From the human T2T-CHM13v2.0 reference genome, Homo sapiens, in NCBI RefSeq assembly GCF_009914755.1, contig NC_060929.1: DNA of 64,000 nucleotides; one strand, written 5' to 3'. Positions 1-13,619 of the stretch are shown one piece after another. The translations under genes were made by a program, and so were the position numbers. Numbering within the stretch: the first letter of the stretch is position 1; every line of letters starts with the position of its first letter. Under the pieces are notes generated by a model. That model worked only from the letters and a program-made list of their open reading frames with translations, did no database searches and was not told where the DNA came from.

Positions 1-235
1 CTTCTGTATTTGTTTGTTTCTTTGTGTTTTTCCCCTTGGAGTTGGAAATAAATTCATCAGCTGAAATTAAAGATAATGGAGGAGATTTTGAAAAATTGCC
101 ATAATGGGGAATAATGTAATTTTTGTTTTAGGAAAGAAAGTCTAGTATAGAAGTGGATTATAAGTGTATTTTTAGGTATGCCTCTCCAAACGTACTATTC
201 GATTTGACTTGAAACTCTGGAAAAAAAATGGCAGT

Positions 236-285
236 AAAATTACTCGGGTTTCTTTAGAGAAATAGAACCAATAGGAGGGGTGTGC

Positions 286-319
<34 letters not shown>

Positions 320-693
320 GTGTAAGGAGGAAGAGAGATTTATTTTAAGTAATTGGTTTATGTTATTATGGGGGATGGAAAGCTTGCAATCTGCAGGGCA
401 GGCCAGCAGGCTGTAGACCCAAGGAAGAGTTAATGTTGCAGTCTCATGTCTGAAGGCAATCTGGAGGCAGAATTCCTTTTTCCCTGGGGAACCTCAGTCT
501 TTTCTCTTAAGTCCCTCAATTGATTGGATGAGGTCTACCCACATTATAGAGGGTAATCTGCTTTACTCAAATTCTACTGATTAAAATGTTAATCATATCT
601 CAAAAATACCTTCACAGAAACATCTAGACTGGCATCTGAACAAAGACTGAGTCCCATGGCTTAACCAAGTTGATACATAAAATTAACCAGCAT
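236..693 (-). mobile_element. MLT2-family (ERVL) solo LTR, MLT2C/D-like, with internal (TG)n
   Basis: Ends ...ccaagttgatacataaaattaaccagca, the reverse complement of the MLT2 start TGTGATGGTTAA..TGTCAACTTG. Also contains gaaatagaaccaatagga and gattggatgaggtctacccacattat. Confidence 0.85.
281..323. repeat. (TG)n microsatellite
   Basis: Directly visible, about 20 imperfect units. Confidence 0.95.
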
Positions 694-1019
694 ATGCTGT
701 AACCAGAAAGGAGGCTAAACTCTAGGTCTTCCAGCAATTCTTTTGCTTTTTGCACTACTACATATTCTAGAAAGCTAAATCAGTACTTAGTATGCAAATA
801 TGGGGTTTCCTTCTTATTTCATGGATATTCATCTAGTAAATTCTTGCTTTGATGAAATTTTAATAAAACCATCAGAGAAGATCAGCAGAGTGTGGGGAGG
901 ATGTTGAAGTTAAAACATATAAACAAATGATACACACAATTAAGTATTAGCAAGGAACTGCTACTGTTACTTTATATCATGCAATCCCCACCCTAAGTTT
1001 AAAAATTTTGGTATTATAA

Positions 1020-1130
1020 ATTCCTTATTACAGACAAGAAAATGGAGATTAGAAGATGTGACAATGTATGCTCTAGAGTCTAGGATTCAAATGCAGAACT
1101 CTGTGACTTCAGGGTCCAAGCTGTTATATT
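1020..1130 (-). mobile_element. MIR fragment
   Basis: ttacagacaagaaaatggagattagaag...ggattcaaatgcag..tctgtgacttcagggtccaagct resembles the reverse-complemented MIR core. Confidence 0.55.
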
Positions 1131-1169
1131 TTAAAATGCTCTGCCTTGGGCTACAGTCTGAAAAGAAGA

Positions 1170-1370
1170 TGCAGGCTTGAGTTCTGGCTCAACCAATGGC
1201 TAACCATATTCCCTGGCATATCTTGTAAATAATATAAGTGCCAGTTTCTTTCTCTATACATGATAAAAATAACATTATGTGCTCTGTCTGGCAGTACTTT
1301 TTGAGGAACAGATGAGAAACTTCATGTAAAAGTCTTTCTAAATTTTAAAACAGACCTCATATATAAGTTT
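1170..1370 (+). mobile_element. MIR fragment
   Basis: gagttctggctcaacc...cagtttcttt...tgaggaacagatgagaaacttcatgtaaaag. Confidence 0.5.
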
Positions 1371-1376
1371 TTACTT

Positions 1377-1731
1377 CCTATGATCTGAATGTTTGTGTCT
1401 TCCCAAAATTTAGATGTTGGAACTTAATCTCCAATGTGATAGTATTAAGAGATTGGTAATTGGGCAGGTGATTAGGCAATGAGGGCTCTGCCCTCATGAA
1501 TGAGATTAGTGTTCTTATAAAAGAGGCCTGAGGGAGCTTCTTTGCCCCTTCCACCATGTGAAGGAAAGGCACCATCTTTGAAGCAGAGAGTGGGCCCTCA
1601 GCAGACACTGGACCTGCTGGCCCCCTGAATTTGACACCCCAGCCACCAGCACCCTGAGCAATAAATTTCTGTTCTTTATAAATTACCCAGTCTAAAATAT
1701 TTTGCAACAGCAGTCCAAATGGACTAAGAAA
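1377..1731 (+). mobile_element. MLT1A/MLT1A0 (MaLR) solo LTR
   Basis: Starts tatgatctgaatgtttgtgtc; contains aataaatttctgttctttataaattacccagtct; ends aaatggactaagaa. Confidence 0.85.
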
Positions 1732-3249
1732 TTACTATTATCATGTGAAAACAATTAGTATTTCCCCCATGTATATTGATCTGCAGAATTATTTTAAAAA
1801 TGGAGCTACCTCACTATTGCTGACTTTGGAAATCCATATAATTTTAGAAAACAGAGGGTCCCAGGGCTTAGCAATTTGGAGTGATCATTGTTTTCTTTAT
1901 AATATTTGAAGAAAAAGTAAAAAGTAATTCAATTTAAATGTAAGAAATGTCCCTAGTTGATAAGAATTCAAGTATGCATTCAATAAATTGCAATATGGCA
2001 TTCAATTCCAAAAGAAAAATGCTAACAAAATACATATTAATTTTAATATCCATCTTGTCTACTGAATGATTTTACTCTGATGACACACACCTGCCATGTT
2101 AACACCTAGAGCAGAATTAGACTCATATAATTAATTAGCTATATCTCACAATCCTTTCTATGCCGTGGGCCTGCAGGTGCCCACTGATTTGGGATTCATT
2201 TAATCTCAGTTTTGTGACAGCCGAGCAAGATCTGGGAATACAGCAGCCAAAATTACAACAAAATTCCACAACTTACTTGAAGAGTGTTTAAAAGGTAACT
2301 TTTATTTCCTCAAACTACAATAAATATCTCAGAGACTGTTCTTTATACCTGGATCCAATAATGGAATCTATAAAATGCTAAATTAATAAAATTCAGCAGT
2401 AGAAATTACAAAAATATCCCATTATTTGTGGCTAATGATACTTTCTGTGGATGATACTTTTTGTCTATTGAAGAAAATTCATTATTAAATATAACACTCT
2501 TATTCTAATTATCTTCTTTAAAATATAATTTAGTCATTTCATTAGAGTATTACTAGTGCTGTGAAAATGAAAAGCTGGTGATATATAATGGAACCACTAT
2601 ACTATTCTTTATTCCTATATTTTAATTATAAAAAATGCATTTTATATTTTCTCTTATGCATTATATTCAGTTTCTACATGTACACACATGTTCACACTTA
2701 AACAGAATGAAGAAACTGAAATGTGATTTGAATTGGTCAATTAAGCAACCTGTTGTAACTAATTTTGTCTTCTTTTAAACTGCATATTTTTTTAAAAAAT
2801 TGAATTTATTTTTGGTCATGTGCTTATTGCTCCAAAAAGTGTGTGTGATATTTTACTCTTATAAAAATCTTTTCTTGGTTTTATTCCTTTTATTGTCTTG
2901 TCTACACAGCATGTTTTATATACGTTTAAGCTATGCTTTGCACTCTTTTTTGTTTTTGTTATTTTGTTTGTAGTACAGATGAAATTGTAGTACTCTTTTG
3001 GTTTCTTTGTATTTCTCATTATGTTTTGGAAGAAGGCGCAAATAAAGAATTAATTCTGATCTCCACTAATTCCCTCATTACAAAATATATGCAGTTCTTT
3101 TAGGTCTGGGTCACTTGGAGTTTTATGTTATCACTTATATTCAGTCTCCTAATGCTCATTCAAGAAACTGTATTCAATAAGAGATGATATAATAATAATA
3201 GAAGTTAGTATTTACTGTGCTTTTACTGTATAGTTAGTATCTTTTTGCA

Positions 3250-3430
3250 ATATTACTAATTAAGTTTTATTACTATACTTATTTTACAAATGAGAAAATT
3301 GTGGTCCTGTAATTTAATACAATTTTTCAATGACACACTCCTAGCAAATGGCAGAGGTTGGCTTTGGTCCAGGTTGGCTTTATTGGCCTAAGTAAAGAGC
3401 CACACAGCTATAAACTTTGTTATCATGCTC
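3250..3430 (-). mobile_element. MIR fragment
   Basis: attttacaaatgagaaaattg...cacactcctagcaaatggcagagg. Confidence 0.55.
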
Positions 3431-3679
3431 TAATGATGCTATTTGTAGAAAAGTCAGCTTGCCCTCTTGAAAAACTGCAGTGTCTCTCATGGTAGTTGCT
3501 CCCTGCTCTGAATCTTCCCTGATAGAAAATAATCTTCCTTTTCATGCAGTTCTACCCTTTGAAGACCATAAAAAATTCAGATACCCATGGGATATAGAAT
3601 AAATACATAGAAGGGAAGACAGTCTTGTGCACAATTAGTGCATACTTTTATACTATAACTCTACATTGCTTATTAATAA

Positions 3680-4004
<325 letters not shown>

Positions 4005-4435
4005 ATAATGTAGTTTTAATTGACTAATGTCATATCAATTGTCATAGTATTTATTAAACTATTAACGGACTAAACATAAAATAATAAGCTTTGATAGTTT
4101 TTAAAATTATTTGTGATCACCTGCATTTTGTCCTCCTGCTTCCAGGTGTTTGTTAATTTTAGAAAAGCCAATTATATACATTTCCCTACAAGCCTAATGT
4201 CTACTTACAGTGACATTTGAAGATATTATTTGAATCTAATTTTTCCAACTCTCACCTGCTTTCATGTCACGAGATGGTTGGTGAGTCCTCACCTTTAGGA
4301 CTTCTCTTTTTCATAATGGCCTCTAGGGTCTGGTTTCTTCTTTGGCTCTGGTTTTCTTTTTTCTTCTACAGGCTAGTGGCTCAAGCCCTGTTTTTTCAAT
4401 GGAGGTATCCATCTGATAATAAGGAGAACTATATG

Positions 4436-4769
<334 letters not shown>

Positions 4770-5509
4770 TCAGCTCTCTCAGCTTAAGCAGAGAGAGGAT
4801 TCGCAGGCATTTACAGAGAATACCAGTAGAACATGTTCACATTCTTGTCGCGCTAAAGCACTTACCTTTCCATGATTTGCTTTTTCCAACTTTATAAATG
4901 GTTCTGTAAGCAACCTAAATGTAAGCTCTGATTTCGGGATCATCAAATGCTCTTTCTATAAAGATATTCAATTTATATTTATAAAATGCAAATCACATTA
5001 AACTTCATCTATTCTTTCATTAATTTAATGTTAAATGTAATGTATTTGTTGAGCAATTGTGGAAGGTGAAGAACATTGTGAAGATTTGTGCAATTGCAAT
5101 TAAAGAAATGAATAAAATAAAAAGAAAATCATGAAGTCTACATAGCTGAGAAATAAGGCCTCTAATACAAAAGGAGCTTGAGAACTTTCAGTAACTTAAA
5201 GCATAAATATAAAGAAGCTTCTGTAGCGATAAACGCACCACCTCTCTTGAAAACTTGATGTCCAGTCTATCCACAAAGCTATAAATTCTAAATCCAAATG
5301 TGTCAGCTATCATTTTTACTTCATTCTGCTTTCACACTCTATTTGCACTGTTGCAATTATTTCTTAATATATTTTCCAGCTTTCATTCTTAATCATTCAC
5401 TTCAATCAATCTCCACATAGAAATTTGAGTGAGTTTTAATAAGCACGTATCATGTCATGTTGTTGGTCTGCATAAAGTCTAACAATGTCCATTATAAATG
5501 GTGTCCTGG

Positions 5510-6150
5510 TACTATGGTCTGAAGGTTTGTACTCCCTAAAATCCATGTGTTGAAACCTAGTCCCCAGTGTGATAGCAAAAAGAGGTGCAGCTTTGGGGAA
5601 GTGATTATCTCAAGAGAGTGGAGCTGTTATGAATGGGATTAGAGTCCTTATAAAAAAAAAAAAAGACCCAAGGGGGCCAGGCTCAGTGGTTCACGACTGC
5701 AATCCCAGCAATTTGGGAGGCTGAGGAAGGCAGATCACTTGAGGTCAGGAGTTCGAGACCAGCCTGGCCAATATGGTGAAACCTCATCTCTACTAAAAAT
5801 ACAAAAACTAGCTGGACGTGGTTGTGTGCCCCTGTAGTCACAGCTACTTATGAAGCTGAGACAGGAGAATGGCTTGAACCTGGGAAGCGGAGGTTGCAGT
5901 GAGCCAAGATCACACCATTGGACTCCAGCCTGGAAGTCACAGCAAGACCCCATGTCAAACAAACAAACAAAAAAATACTGGACCCAAGGGAGCTCATTAG
6001 CTTTGCCACCATCTAGGAACACAGTAAGAAGGGGTCATCTATGAGAAAACAGGCCTTCAATAGATATTGAATCTGCCAGTACCTCAATATTGGACTTCCC
6101 AGCCACTAAAACTGTGAGAAATAAATTTTGGTTGTTCATAAGCCACCTGG
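5510..6150 (+). mobile_element. MLT1A-type LTR interrupted by an Alu
   Basis: Starts tactatggtctgaag..; resumes after the Alu with gagctc...actgtgagaaataaatttt..ataagccacc. Confidence 0.8.
5675..5976 (+). mobile_element. AluSx/Sz nested in MLT1A
   Basis: cacttgaggtcaggagttcgagaccagcctggcc; direct repeat gacccaaggg at 5665-5674 and 5981-5990. Confidence 0.92.
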
Positions 6151-6782
6151 CTGAGGAAGAATAAAATTCAAATTTCTAACCTTGACCTACTTTGTCTTTA
6201 CTTCCCTCTGTAATTCCATCTCCCAATATTCCCTGTTCCATATAGTAAATACCTGATGTAAAAAGAAAAACAGCATAGTTCTTTATAAGGGTGGTTCCTC
6301 CTTGATGTTTAGGTCTTAGCTTAAATTGTTTCTCCTCACAGACAGCTTTCATGAACACTTGCTAGGATGAATTGTGGCAGCATAGAATCAAAATAAAACA
6401 AAAGGCAAATAAATACATATGTTAAGAAATAAAAATGGGCTTCTTAAATATTATGAGTAAGCAATACAGGATTGAGATGGTGGCTAGTTCTGTCTTACTA
6501 CTTGATTACCTCAGTGGAGACAGGGACAGGTTCTATTTTAAATGTTATCTCTTAGCAAAGAGGGCACACCTTCTAGCTGAGTTAACCCTGTTTTTCTATT
6601 TTACCAACATTTTACTCTGACAGATTTTTACAAATATCTATTAGCCATTTGTATTTGTAATATGTTATTAACAAATATAATGATTAATACTTAAGATAAA
6701 ATATTTATTAAAATGTTTGTACATTTTTAAACTTACTGTGGAGGAGAAAAAGTTAGAAGGGTTACTCATCAAAAGTGACTTG

Positions 6783-7080
6783 GGCCGGGAGCGGTGACTC
6801 ACGCCTGTAATCCCAGCACTTTGGGAGGCCGAGGCGGGCAGATCATGAGGTCAAGAAATCGAGATCATCCTGGCAAACATGATGAAATCTCATCTCTGCT
6901 AAAAATACAAAAAATAGCTGGGCGTGGTGGTGCATGCCTGTAGTCCCAACTACTCAGGAGGCTGAGGCAGGAGGAGCGCTTGAACCCAGGAGGCAGAGGT
7001 TGCAGTGAGCCGAGATGGTGCCACTGCTCTCCAGCCTGGTGACAAAGAGAGACTCCATCTCAAAAAATAACCAAAAAAAA
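6783..7080 (+). mobile_element. AluSc-like, full length
   Basis: gatcatgaggtcaagaaatcgagatcatcctgg; ccagcctggtgaca; A tail. Confidence 0.92.
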
Positions 7081-7349
7081 GAGGGAGACTTGATGGATAA
7101 TATTCAAAATATATAATGAGAGGCTGATAGCACTGAGAACTCCAAGGAGAGGGCAGTGGAACAATGGGTCAGCAAGACCAGTGCCCACCAGCTGATTATT
7201 AGCCCTGACTTGCCCCAAAGCAACCATTTAACTCAGGAGTATGTGGTTAAATAAAAGCTCTACAGTAAAAGGTTCTGAAGATGGCCTATCTTTTGTTGGT
7301 TGCCCAAAGGAGGAGGAGCATATTTGGGAAAAGAAGAGTCCGACTGTGG

Positions 7350-7805
7350 ATTTCTCTAAGTGGACAATCCAGAGGAGCCTAGTAGAGAGATCTGGTATCC
7401 AGACACACATTTGGAGGTCAGAACACACATTTGGTCACTGAAATTCTAAAGAGCAGGCCTTCTAAAGAGCAGCCATACTTTTTTGGACAGCACCTGTTAA
7501 ATGGCAAATTCAGAGTCAGCAGGATTGAGCGAAGCGTGAAATTCATATTTCTGACAACTTCACAAATGAGACTCGTGCTAATCCACAGACCATGCTTTGG
7601 ATAGCAAGGTTCTCTGCTGGTGTATGGAAGAGAAGATAAATTAGGAAACCATTTTTAAGGGAGAAGTAGGAAAAGAGGAGGCAGCAAGGAAATTGAGAAA
7701 GTGTGATGTGAAAGGAGTCCAGGAGAAAATGAGAAAAGAGAAAATGAGCAAGAAAATTGAGAAAGTGTGATAAAAAGAAGTACAGGAGAAAATGGTGTCA
7801 CTGAA
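7350..7805 (-). mobile_element. L2 remnant interrupted by a MER5-like fragment (about 7480-7610)
   Basis: agagagatctgg..cacatttggaggtcag is L2-like; tgaaattcatatttctgacaacttc...accatgctttggatagcaagg is MER5A-like. Confidence 0.45.
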
Positions 7806-9830
7806 GTCATATTTTTGTTGCTTTTTTCTTTCAGTTTATATTAACTAAAATTAAACAGTATTTGAGTAATTCTCTGGAGTAGCTTGATTTTTCTAAATAA
7901 TTTTTGTTGTGGTTCTTATAAGGTGCAAAGACAAAAAAGATGCTCATTCTTTGTTGCAGACAGAATACTAGTCCTTGTGGGGTGAACACATTTTATTCAG
8001 TATCTAGCACCTGAAAAGCATGTTGGTTTGTAAGTGATTAAAATCCAATTCAGACCAATTTGTGCCCTAAGAAACAATACTGCATTATAGAATTGGCAGA
8101 GGAGTCAAAAACTCAACTGCAGGGAGGGTGGTGTTGCTGCTGGGCTTCAACATTAACTAAACATTGGGCCTTAGATACAATCACGACCTCAGCACACAGA
8201 TGTAATTCTCTGAGCCAACAGAGAAGCTTTCTCTTCATGGAGTGATAAGGTTTCCACGTTCAATAGTTTATATTTTAAAACTTTTGTCTCCTATATGGCA
8301 AAATATCAAGAAAACAATGATCTAATCTAGCATAGCCTGTATCAGGATTACGTAAGAGAGAGAAGATGTCCAGGACTCATATGATTAGAGCTTGAAAGAG
8401 AGCAGTTGTCAGAATATGGGAAAAATTAGGGAGAAATTAGGCAAATCAGGCAGGTGAGTGCTGGGTCAGAGAACAAAATGTATCCACTACAACAAAAAAC
8501 ATAAATACACGCACTATTATATCTCCTGATGTTAGTCGGTGACATTATTAATAGAGATTATATAGGTTCCCAAAAAGTATAGGATTAGGCAGACATGTAG
8601 GAACTTAATACCATGCCATTGATGTATATGTTCTAATGAATGAATTGAGTTACTTTGAAACAATGAATGTATACACACACTAACACCACTCACATTCACT
8701 GAGAATAAAATTATATATCTTTTCTGAAAACTCCTGTGTTTTCCGTATAGCAGCAAGTTGCCAGAATATTTATTTTTGATGCCTCTATCTACAGTTACAT
8801 CCTTTTTTTGTTACATCCTTAAACTCAAGGAAGAGCAACAACATGTCCCCCTATTTGCAATAAATGCAAGTTTAAACATATTTATAAGAAACAGTTAAAA
8901 TTAGCATATAATAATCTTTTTGAATTTGTCAAATGAGCATTAAACAAAGAAGTCCGATGTTGAAAAACGGATAAAAGTGACAGATTTTTATCAGAATATT
9001 GAAAACTTCAAAATAGTTTCTAGTATACAACTATTAAAAATGTTCTTAAAATTTCCATTTAGACATTTCAGCAGTTCGGAAGTACTCATAGTCCATTTGC
9101 ACTTCTTTTCTCTGCTTCCAGCTATGAGCTTGAAATTGTTTCCTTCGGGGAACTAAAAATCCTTTCTAGAACTTGCTTTTCTCTCCTCTATTTTATCACA
9201 CATCTCATCTTGCTAAGATACCAAATCCACATTTAAATACTAATGTGATAAAAATATATTTATCATGGAAGAAAGTGATATCTTTTATTTGAATTTGAAT
9301 GGGTGGAGACATTTCAAATTTTATCTGGAATAAGAGAGCATAGTTTGGAAATAATAAGTCAGAGGAGAATCTCCAGAGCATACTCGTGTATGCCAACTGG
9401 AGGTTAGATTTAAATAATTAGTGAAATCACTGTTTGTATGCTAGAAATGTGACATCTCTGCTCTGCACATTACTGCTGCAGAGATCAAATCCAGAAAATT
9501 GTCTTCCAGGAACTTTAAGATCCACCACATTGACAAAGCCATAGGGAAATTTTACCCTTAATTAAGAGTTAGAAGTTGTATTGGTATAAGTGAATCATTA
9601 TAAAGGTGGAAAAAACAAGATTAGCTATCTCTATATGGAAAAGCAATAATTACTAATGAGCATGGATCATTAGTGAGAGCCAATTTTTTTTCTGTTTTTA
9701 ATTACAGGTAGCATGATTTTTTAATAAGTCCTTAGTGTTTTATCTTCATGCAGGTCCACTCAGAATAGGAGGGATCAGTAATGAGGTGATTCTGGGGAAC
9801 TGGACACCCAACTTTATGACTTACCTAGAC

Positions 9831-10253
9831 TGATATGGTTTGGATGATTGTCCCCTCCAAAGTTCATATTGAAATTTAATCCCCATTGTTGGAGGTGGGG
9901 CCTAGTGGGAGGTGTTTGTGTCACTGGGCCAGATCCCTCAATAATAGCTTGCTGCCATTCTCGTGGTAATAGATGAGTCCTCACTTTGAGTTCGTGCTAG
10001 ACCTGGTTGTTTAAAAGACTGTTACACCACCCCACTTCTTTCTCTCTTGTTCCTATGCTCACTAGGTGATATGCCTGCTCCTCCTTCACCTCCCACCATG
10101 ATTGGAAGCTTCCTGAGTCCCTCACCAGAAGCAGATCCCACCACCATGTATCCATGAAGCCTGTAGTGCTGTCAGCCAAAATAAACCACTATTCTTTATA
10201 AATTACCCAACCTCATGTATTTCTTTAGAGTGATACAAGAATGGAATAATACA
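9831..10253 (+). mobile_element. MSTB-like (MaLR) LTR
   Basis: TG...CA ends (tgatatggtttgg ... aataataca); tgttggaggtggggcctagtgggagg; ccatgattggaagcttcctgag. Confidence 0.9.
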
Positions 10254-11851
10254 GGAAAAGAACAGGAGGGATCAGTAATGAGGTGATTCCAGGGAAAATA
10301 ATGAAGTGATTCTGTGTCTATTTCCTTTATAATATATCTAGACAGTCTAGGAGAAAAAAGACGGTTAAGCATTACCAAGGAAGTAATACTGAGGTTTTCT
10401 GGAGCTATGAAAGTAACCAAGATGGATGATAAATCTGTCAAGTCCTTCCTGCAGCATCTCCTTAAGGCCAGATTATATCATGGAAACTCAATGACCAGCT
10501 ACTAATGTCGATATTTCCTCAGCTTAAATAAACCATTTTTTTTTTTATAATTCTTGTGGCTTGATGGAAAAAAACAGGAAACTTTCTTTTTATACTTGTC
10601 ATTTTTAATCATTAGTTAAGTGGAGTTTAAGAACTATTATAGTTTGTTCTATATATTTCCCATTTCTTCCTTACATGCTCATGTGTGTCACCCTACTTGC
10701 AGTTTACAGTGTTTTAAAAATGCTTATCCACACTCTCATCACCATCCTGCCTTTACCTCAGTAAGTTTGTCCTTGTAGCCAGGACATTTATTAGTTTTCA
10801 GAATGTTATTGGGAAATAGCTCAGAAAAAAAACAAGATTATGATTTCCTTTCCTTGGGACCCTTCTATTTTCACATAATTTTAGCACACTTTTCTTCCAT
10901 AACAGCTTGTGACATGAGTCAATCAATACTAGGCTCATCACCATTTCCTCATTTGCCAGCAACTTTAAAATTATTGCACTACACAACTGTATTGATCCAT
11001 AAATAAATGGCTGATAGTTTGACTGGAAGTTTTATGGTTTTATAGAAATTATAAAGTAGACCCAAAGATTCTAAATGACTCTACTTCACAGAGAGTAGAT
11101 GGCTAATATTCTACGGGATATAAAAAGGAAGTAGAACATGAAGATCTAAAGGTTTTTTTAGTATTTATATCCATAGACCCATATGTTATACTGTTCTAAC
11201 AGTAGGATCTTCTTTATATATTAAAAGGTTGATGTAGGTAACATTGCTTTCGGGAAATCAATACTGAAGACAGTATGACTTGGGAAAGGGAATAGTAAAA
11301 TCCCAGGGCCTGCTACTGAAACAACTGGCTCTGAGTTAAGAAAGAAGATGTATACTTTAGACATTGCAAATAGAAAGTGGTATATAAATTATAGACCTAA
11401 AATTTTTAATACATCAAAAACGGATGTTTTTACATCAGTTTACATGAAAGTTTAAACTTTCCTTCTTCTATCACCTCTCTGCCCTGCCTTCTAGGTAAAA
11501 AATGTGTGGCTCTCAACACCAACGAATGAAGTATGTTTGCCTAATTCCTATAACTTTCTAGGATAAAGATTGTTTCTATGAAGAGAGAGTACTCAGTAGT
11601 ACGCCTGTGGCAAACGATGACAGGAATTCTAACATGATGAAGGAGGCAATGAAAGCTGAAAGCTGTGGAGTACAGGTACTCTAGTTTATCAAGATAAGAT
11701 GTTGATAAAGCATTTTACATAAACTAAAGACATTCAGAAAGTGTAATTTTGCAAGAATCAAATATCACAGATGTCTACAGGCTGTCCAGTGTCTCTTTGC
11801 TTGGCTAGAATTCTTATCTGGCCACTGTTGAAAGACCCTCAGGTGATGATA

Positions 11852-11906
11852 TTAGGTTGGTGCTAAAGTAATGGCAAAAAGCACAGTTACTTTGGCATCA
11901 ATCTAG
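11852..11906. mobile_element. Made1 (Hsmar1-derived MITE), internally deleted
   Basis: TA|ttaggttggtgctaaagtaat-ggcaaaaagcacagttactttggcatcaatctag|TA: Hsmar1-type terminal inverted repeats with TA flanks. Confidence 0.85.
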
Positions 11907-12003
11907 TACATCTGATGAATGTACCTTCTCAATCCTCCCTAATTCTCAGCACACTGTGACCTGAAATGAGCCAAAAATGGTATGTTATTCAGAGGTATAG
12001 AGC

Positions 12004-12275
12004 CACAAGAACAGAAAAGCAAACACCACATGTTCTCACTCGTAAGTGGGAGTTGAACAATGAGAACACATGGACACAGGGAGGGAAACACCAATCACAT
12101 GCTGGGGCCTGTCGGTGGGGATGGGGGTAGAGGAGGGATAGCATTAGGAGAAATACCTAATGTAGGTGACGGGTTGATGGGTGCAACAAACCACCGTGGC
12201 ACGTATATACCTATGTAAAAACCTGCACGTTCTAAACATGTACGCCAGAACTTAAAGTATAATAAAAAAAAAAAA
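12004..12275 (+). mobile_element. L1PA (about PA7/8) 3' end, 5'-truncated
   Basis: atgttctcactcgtaagtgggagttgaacaatgagaacacatggacacagg...cttaaagtataataaaaaaaa. Confidence 0.93.
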
Positions 12276-13619
12276 GGAGTTACAATTTTTAGTACAGAAT
12301 TTTGATCCTGAAATTACACTTTGTTGTCCAAGAATTAATTGGGAAATAACTAATGCCTCATTGGAGTTCTGCATATGTACGTGTACATACACATGTTTGA
12401 ATAATAAATAGATATCTATGAACCATGTGGAATTGTTCAGATTAGATTACTGTCGACCTTCAAAATAGGATTTTTTTTACAATTCAACTTGTAATTGACG
12501 AGGCCATAAAAATAGAAATTTTGAAGAAAAATATTTTTCTTCTCTTCGTCACTCCTTGGAGTTCCTGGCACATGAGAAGTGTTGCATAAGTACTTCTAAT
12601 TCTAAGGAAGAGGCGTATCTCAAATACCACTGTTAGCAATGGTGTACCTGACCTTCCCTAGCAGAAAATTATTTATCTTCCTATTCAATGCAAGTGCATC
12701 CTCCCAGCTTTCAGAAAAAAAAGATTTAGAAATGAACATGTTTCACTACTCTATCTGATACAGGTTTACAGAACTAAGCTTTCGTTGTTGTTGTTGTTAG
12801 CATAATTATGTAAATGTCAGTGGTTTTTTGACTCTGTTTTTCAGTCTGTCCTTTTTCCTCTAAATTACTGTTGTATTAAATTGAATGAAGTTGAGAAAAA
12901 TACATTTTTCAAGCATAAGTTAAATATGAATTGGTAACAGGTATTATAGTTTGAAATTATTTAGAGTTACAACATTTTTCCTATAGAATAAAGAATGATA
13001 GAAAGCATTTATTTATCTCAAGATTCATGCAATTCACAGAAGAAAGAGAAAATTCAGAAATAATAGAAGATCATTCCAAAACTAATTACTGGTTGGTATT
13101 TTCTAACTACTGCTTAGACAAATATGACACCTACCAATTAAATATATTTTGAAACACTTTTCAAATTATTATTTCCTCAAAAATTCTGACAACTCAATAT
13201 TGGCCGTTTGGGGTTTATATAGTTCAGTTTCTTTCGCTTCTTCACAGAGATAACATTCCCTCCACAGCAATGGTCCTAGGATCCTAATTCAAGTGTTTGA
13301 TCAACATCCTGTTGACATAGTTTGTCTTTAAGACAGTTCTGTATAACATAGTCTGCATATCCAAGATTCTGGTAGATCACTTCACAGTTGCAGAATCTGG
13401 GTTTCAGATACCCACATAAGAATGTGGTTTAACATTCCAGGCCTGTGAGTCCCAAGCACTCTGGTATGCTATATTGGTTTTGTGGTAGAAGGAACATACA
13501 GTATATCAATTGAGAAGTAAAAATGTCTCTTCATTCAGATCCAGTATATCTAGTAAAGCTTCCTTAAATAAGGTAAATATATATCAATACTTGACAAATA
13601 CTCGTTGGTCTTATTTTTT

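Noticed and set aside
8448-8460. Strong splice donor CAG|gtgagt
   Set aside because: No convincing upstream acceptor or reading frame was found; isolated donors are common by chance.
9762-10296. 38-bp direct repeats as a CRISPR-like array
   Set aside because: Only two copies separated by an LTR, in mammalian DNA with no cas genes.
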